Shown here in pieces: positions 62,101-64,000 of a stretch of DNA of 64,000 nt. The stretch is from Antedon mediterranea. Its lineage: Eukaryota > Animalia > Echinodermata. The stretch is from positions 7,107,888 to 7,171,887 of the forward strand of contig NC_092676.1 of NCBI RefSeq assembly GCF_964355755.1, given 5' to 3'. A model generated the notes under the pieces. The model had not been told where the DNA came from and ran no database searches. It saw only the letters and a program-made list of their open reading frames with translations. How positions within the stretch are numbered: position 1 is the stretch's first letter; every line of letters begins with the position of its first letter. The translations under genes and the position numbers were made by a program.

Positions 62101-63483
62101 GTAGATTCGTATTAGTTAAGTATAGTTTTATATATTTTGTCATTTTCAAGAGGGCCCCCGAATATCAGCTGGCCTGCGGGTTCAGCTGGAAGGGTTACCC
62201 TCTATAAATAAAGTTGAAATAAAAAAAATAAATAAAAATATGTAGTTTACAGTTCCTTAAAAACATAGGAATAAAGTTAATAAAGTTTTGGCAAAAATGT
62301 AGCATTAAATAGACGTGAACCATAGAAGGGAAAATATAGAATTGGAACGGGAGAAAACGTTTTTAAAGTTATAGCAGAAAGAGAAATAGAAAATCACCAT
62401 ATGAGCTTATTAAATAGTTTATAATAACATTGGTGCCCTCTATACTCATCATCATTGTGGTAGCTTCAGTTAATACCAATTTCTAAACATGCAGAACATG
62501 TATGATCATGTGATCCTTTTTTTGTCTTTTAAAGCACTGTAGGCCCAGAAGATTTCGTAAAATGTGCGAAGAAAAATTGACATTTATTTATTTTATTTTT
62601 TCTCCAACAGATATAAGTGGGCATTTATTGGAACAAAAGAAGGAGTTTCCAAGAAAGATTTCATCCCTCATATTACTAGAGTTTCTAATATGTTAAATAA
62701 TCGTCGAAAGGTAATTATATTAGTGGCGCTACCAATTTTGTAATTTTCCAAGCTACTGTCGTTGAGAAGAAAATTATTTTGTGTGTGGTAGTACTGTATA
62801 TTGTCCTATCTATTTATTTGTTCGTCTATCCAAAAATTGAATGTTATTTTCTTTGTTTTATCTTATAATCTAAACTCAATACATAGGGGTTGCTGATACT
62901 CACATGTTATGCCGCATTGTTGCTTTCGCAACCCCTTGAACGAAGAAGTAAATGAAATAACATTTTCAAAAAGATTACAATTAAATGATGAAATAAACAT
63001 TGCAATATTTTTTATTTTGAATTTAAGTTTAAAAATTGCTGTTTTTTTTGTAAGATTGAAATATCATATAAAATTTCATCTCATACTCATAATACATGGT
63101 TACAAGATCATTGTGAGATTCGAGCCGTGCGCATGCATAGATCAGTGAGCCAGCGTTTGTGGCGATCATTGTTGTTTGTACCGATTGATTAATCTTTCCA
63201 TTTTTGTTTAATTTCATTGTTGTAGGGAGGAATTCAACCGGAAAAATCATTTTTGAAAAGAACTCCAGGAAGACCACTCCTTAGTATGTATCGGATCAAA
63301 TCATTGGACCAACTTTTACCTTTTTTCAATACAATCTGTGATTTTAGCCAATTGAATGAGCCGTTAGAAAATATGACTTCCAAGAAAGCCTATTCAACCA
63401 GCAAGCAAGATGATCAGCGGGCAACGCCTAAGGAATATATCGAACGGCTGATGGAACGAGATTTCCTGATACCTCTTTCCTAA
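38133..63483 (+). CDS. DOP1A: Protein dopey-1 (DOP1A/DOPEY1 orthologue), Golgi/endosome trafficking partner of MON2
   Basis: 24 coding exons: 38133-38270 ([46 protein letters not shown]), 40258-40613, 41706-41895, 42356-43168, 43602-44694, 44993-45133/45139, 47007-47278, 47699-47851, 48138-48241, 48655-50673, 51075-51291, 52049-52237, 52890-53015, 53696-53830, 57144-57304, 57400-57590, 57964-58073, 58563-58672, 59084-59233, 59548-59609, 59985-60274, 61479-61693, 62611-62710, 63226-63483. Diagnostic motifs: [77 protein letters not shown]. Confidence 0.95.
39993..40031 (+). ncRNA. Minimal hammerhead ribozyme motif at the 3' end of a decayed Penelope-like element
   Basis: attc-CTGATGA-t-gatc(aaataca)gatc-GAAAC-GTT-gaat: stem I attc/gaat, stem II gatc/gatc, palindromic stem III aacgtt. 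Upstream, 39781-39813 reads [11 protein letters not shown], resembling the end of a GIY-YIG domain. Confidence 0.55.
45846..46265 (+). mobile_element. LINE 3' fragment (CR1/L2/Crack group) with an (ATT)n tail
   Basis: [12 protein letters not shown]...[33 protein letters not shown], then aataaa and (att)n; it abuts a truncated MITE end at about 45800-45845. Confidence 0.7.
47313..47439. mobile_element. Tc1/mariner- or pogo-like MITE
   Basis: ta-ctgtaaaaccttgaaaaaaagccca ... tgggcttctttacaaggttttttag-ta: imperfect TIRs with TA flanks. Confidence 0.5.
52374..52559. mobile_element. High-copy PIF/Harbinger (Tourist-like) MITE, representative copy
   Basis: TIR agctctgtctacactatcaaa with a TTA TSD (52371-52373, 52560-52562) and internal tandem repeats of atgcccaaatatggtagtgat. 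Other copies lie near 18735, 29280, 32140, 34689, 37836, 38567, 40985, 46762, 47861, 53999, 57705 and 59328. Confidence 0.85.
54838..55605 (-). CDS. Secreted C1q/CTRP-like protein (signal peptide, 22 Gly-X-Y repeats, globular C1q domain), nested antisense in DOP1 intron 53831-57143
   Basis: 255-aa single-exon CDS: hydrophobic leader, CICPP, collagen GDAGIDGPK...GDKGEH, then SAFSV...[31 protein letters not shown]...[15 protein letters not shown]...TFSGYLLY. Probable 5' UTR intron at 55952-55618 and TATAAAA near 56060 on the minus strand. Confidence 0.93.
   Translation of the reverse strand: MLYVTILIELSLICAIQSTGTQECICPPQEIQEVTGEKREAEQLTSLKGDAGIDGPKGEKGDTGHHGKYGPVGLTGNKGLPGNKGHHGEKGAMGLTGDKGLKGDLGRKGDKGEHAAPIIQKKSAFSVVYKTTPGKLSASDPMKYNHVITNIGNHYDKKTGKFVCQYPGTYIFHYTSQKKAVKSGNYMGTIIKKNGDTMVSSYGNGIYSSSASNLVVLSLGTGDEVWTQPLSSAYNEYYSSSNHYCTFSGYLLYSA
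56464..56772. mobile_element. Inverted pair of Penelope-like LTR remnants, each with a hammerhead-like core
   Basis: Near-perfect inverted arms of about 130 bp around a spacer of about 35 bp. Each arm contains ttgagaa-a-gccaac(tgata)gttggc-gaaa(c/t)gtcagg followed by taaataaaat. Confidence 0.65.
60307..60811. mobile_element. PIF/Harbinger (ISL2EU-like) non-autonomous element
   Basis: Imperfect TIRs of about 48 bp (agggaggtttcgcaaccttacgaatacgataacgaaaacggatacg / cgtatccgttttcgttattgtatttgtaagattgcaaaacctttct) with ATT on both flanks. Confidence 0.75.
61066..61345. repeat. Minisatellite, unit about 50 bp, about 5 copies
   Basis: aattgtaattatatagcaacctctagtgtttggtgtaacttgtgttatc in tandem. 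Confidence 0.9.
61759..62240 (+). mobile_element. LINE 3' fragment (CR1/L2/Crack group) with 3' stem-loop and A-rich tail
   Basis: [15 protein letters not shown]...HSMRTR...[27 protein letters not shown]...[10 protein letters not shown], then the 3' UTR hairpin gagggcccccg...gggttaccctc, aataaa and an A-rich tail. Confidence 0.8.
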
Positions 63484-64000
63484 AAATATTTATGATGATT
63501 GAGGGACCAATATTTATCTTTCAAATTCTGCCAATTTATGTGAACTTATAGTTAAACATTTCTCATATGTGTTTAATGGACACTAAAAACGTGACATAAT
63601 ATGTGGAGTTTCGCAAAATTGATCAGCATAGTTTTAACGTACCACACTTATATGAAAGTACATGTGCACCAATTAATATTTTTTCTGTTAAATATAGAAA
63701 GACTGAACAATTTTAATTAAAAGGTAATGTATAAAACTCCATTTTTTTTAGTTGGAGTAAAAGATTATTTTTTAAAGTATACCAGATTTTTCTGAATTAG
63801 TAAAGTTTATTTGTGTTTGTGGTTTCCTGATGTCACAAAATTTACAAGTGCAATAAAGTTTGCATATTAATGTAATGTATTATGTTTTTTTTTTAAATAT
63901 GGACAAAAATATGAAGTACTTTTAATTTCCTGTGATATAAGCCGTTTTATATTTTTATTTAAATTGGTATCATTGTAACTATATACATAAATACAAAAAA

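Overview
AT-rich, intron-containing animal DNA from an invertebrate; gene content and repeats suggest a marine invertebrate such as an echinoderm, but the sequence does not prove this. The ORF track misses most genes because their exons are short, so exon chains were rebuilt by hand from splice sites. In order: (1) the 3' half of a secreted Ig-like + ZP-domain gene; (2) three diverged, open-frame, C-terminally truncated CHMP2B (ESCRT-III) paralogues in tandem, two with an exon-multiplied, highly basic N-terminus and repeated NF-kB-like motifs; (3) a minus-strand gene combining a GTF2I/TFII-I-like repeat with a C-terminal chromodomain; (4) the intact parental CHMP2B, head-to-head with (3); (5) a complete 24-coding-exon DOP1/DOPEY1 gene with an antisense C1q/collagen gene nested in one intron. 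Introns hold many MITEs (PIF/Harbinger-, hAT-, Kolobok- and piggyBac-like), Helentron-associated elements, a tRNA-derived SINE, LINE 3' ends, Penelope-like remnants with hammerhead cores and probable Tc1/mariner excision footprints. The best candidate for an undescribed system is the truncated CHMP2B array, possibly immune-inducible dominant-negative ESCRT-III decoys analogous to mammalian retroCHMP3. The TFII-I-repeat/chromodomain gene is second.
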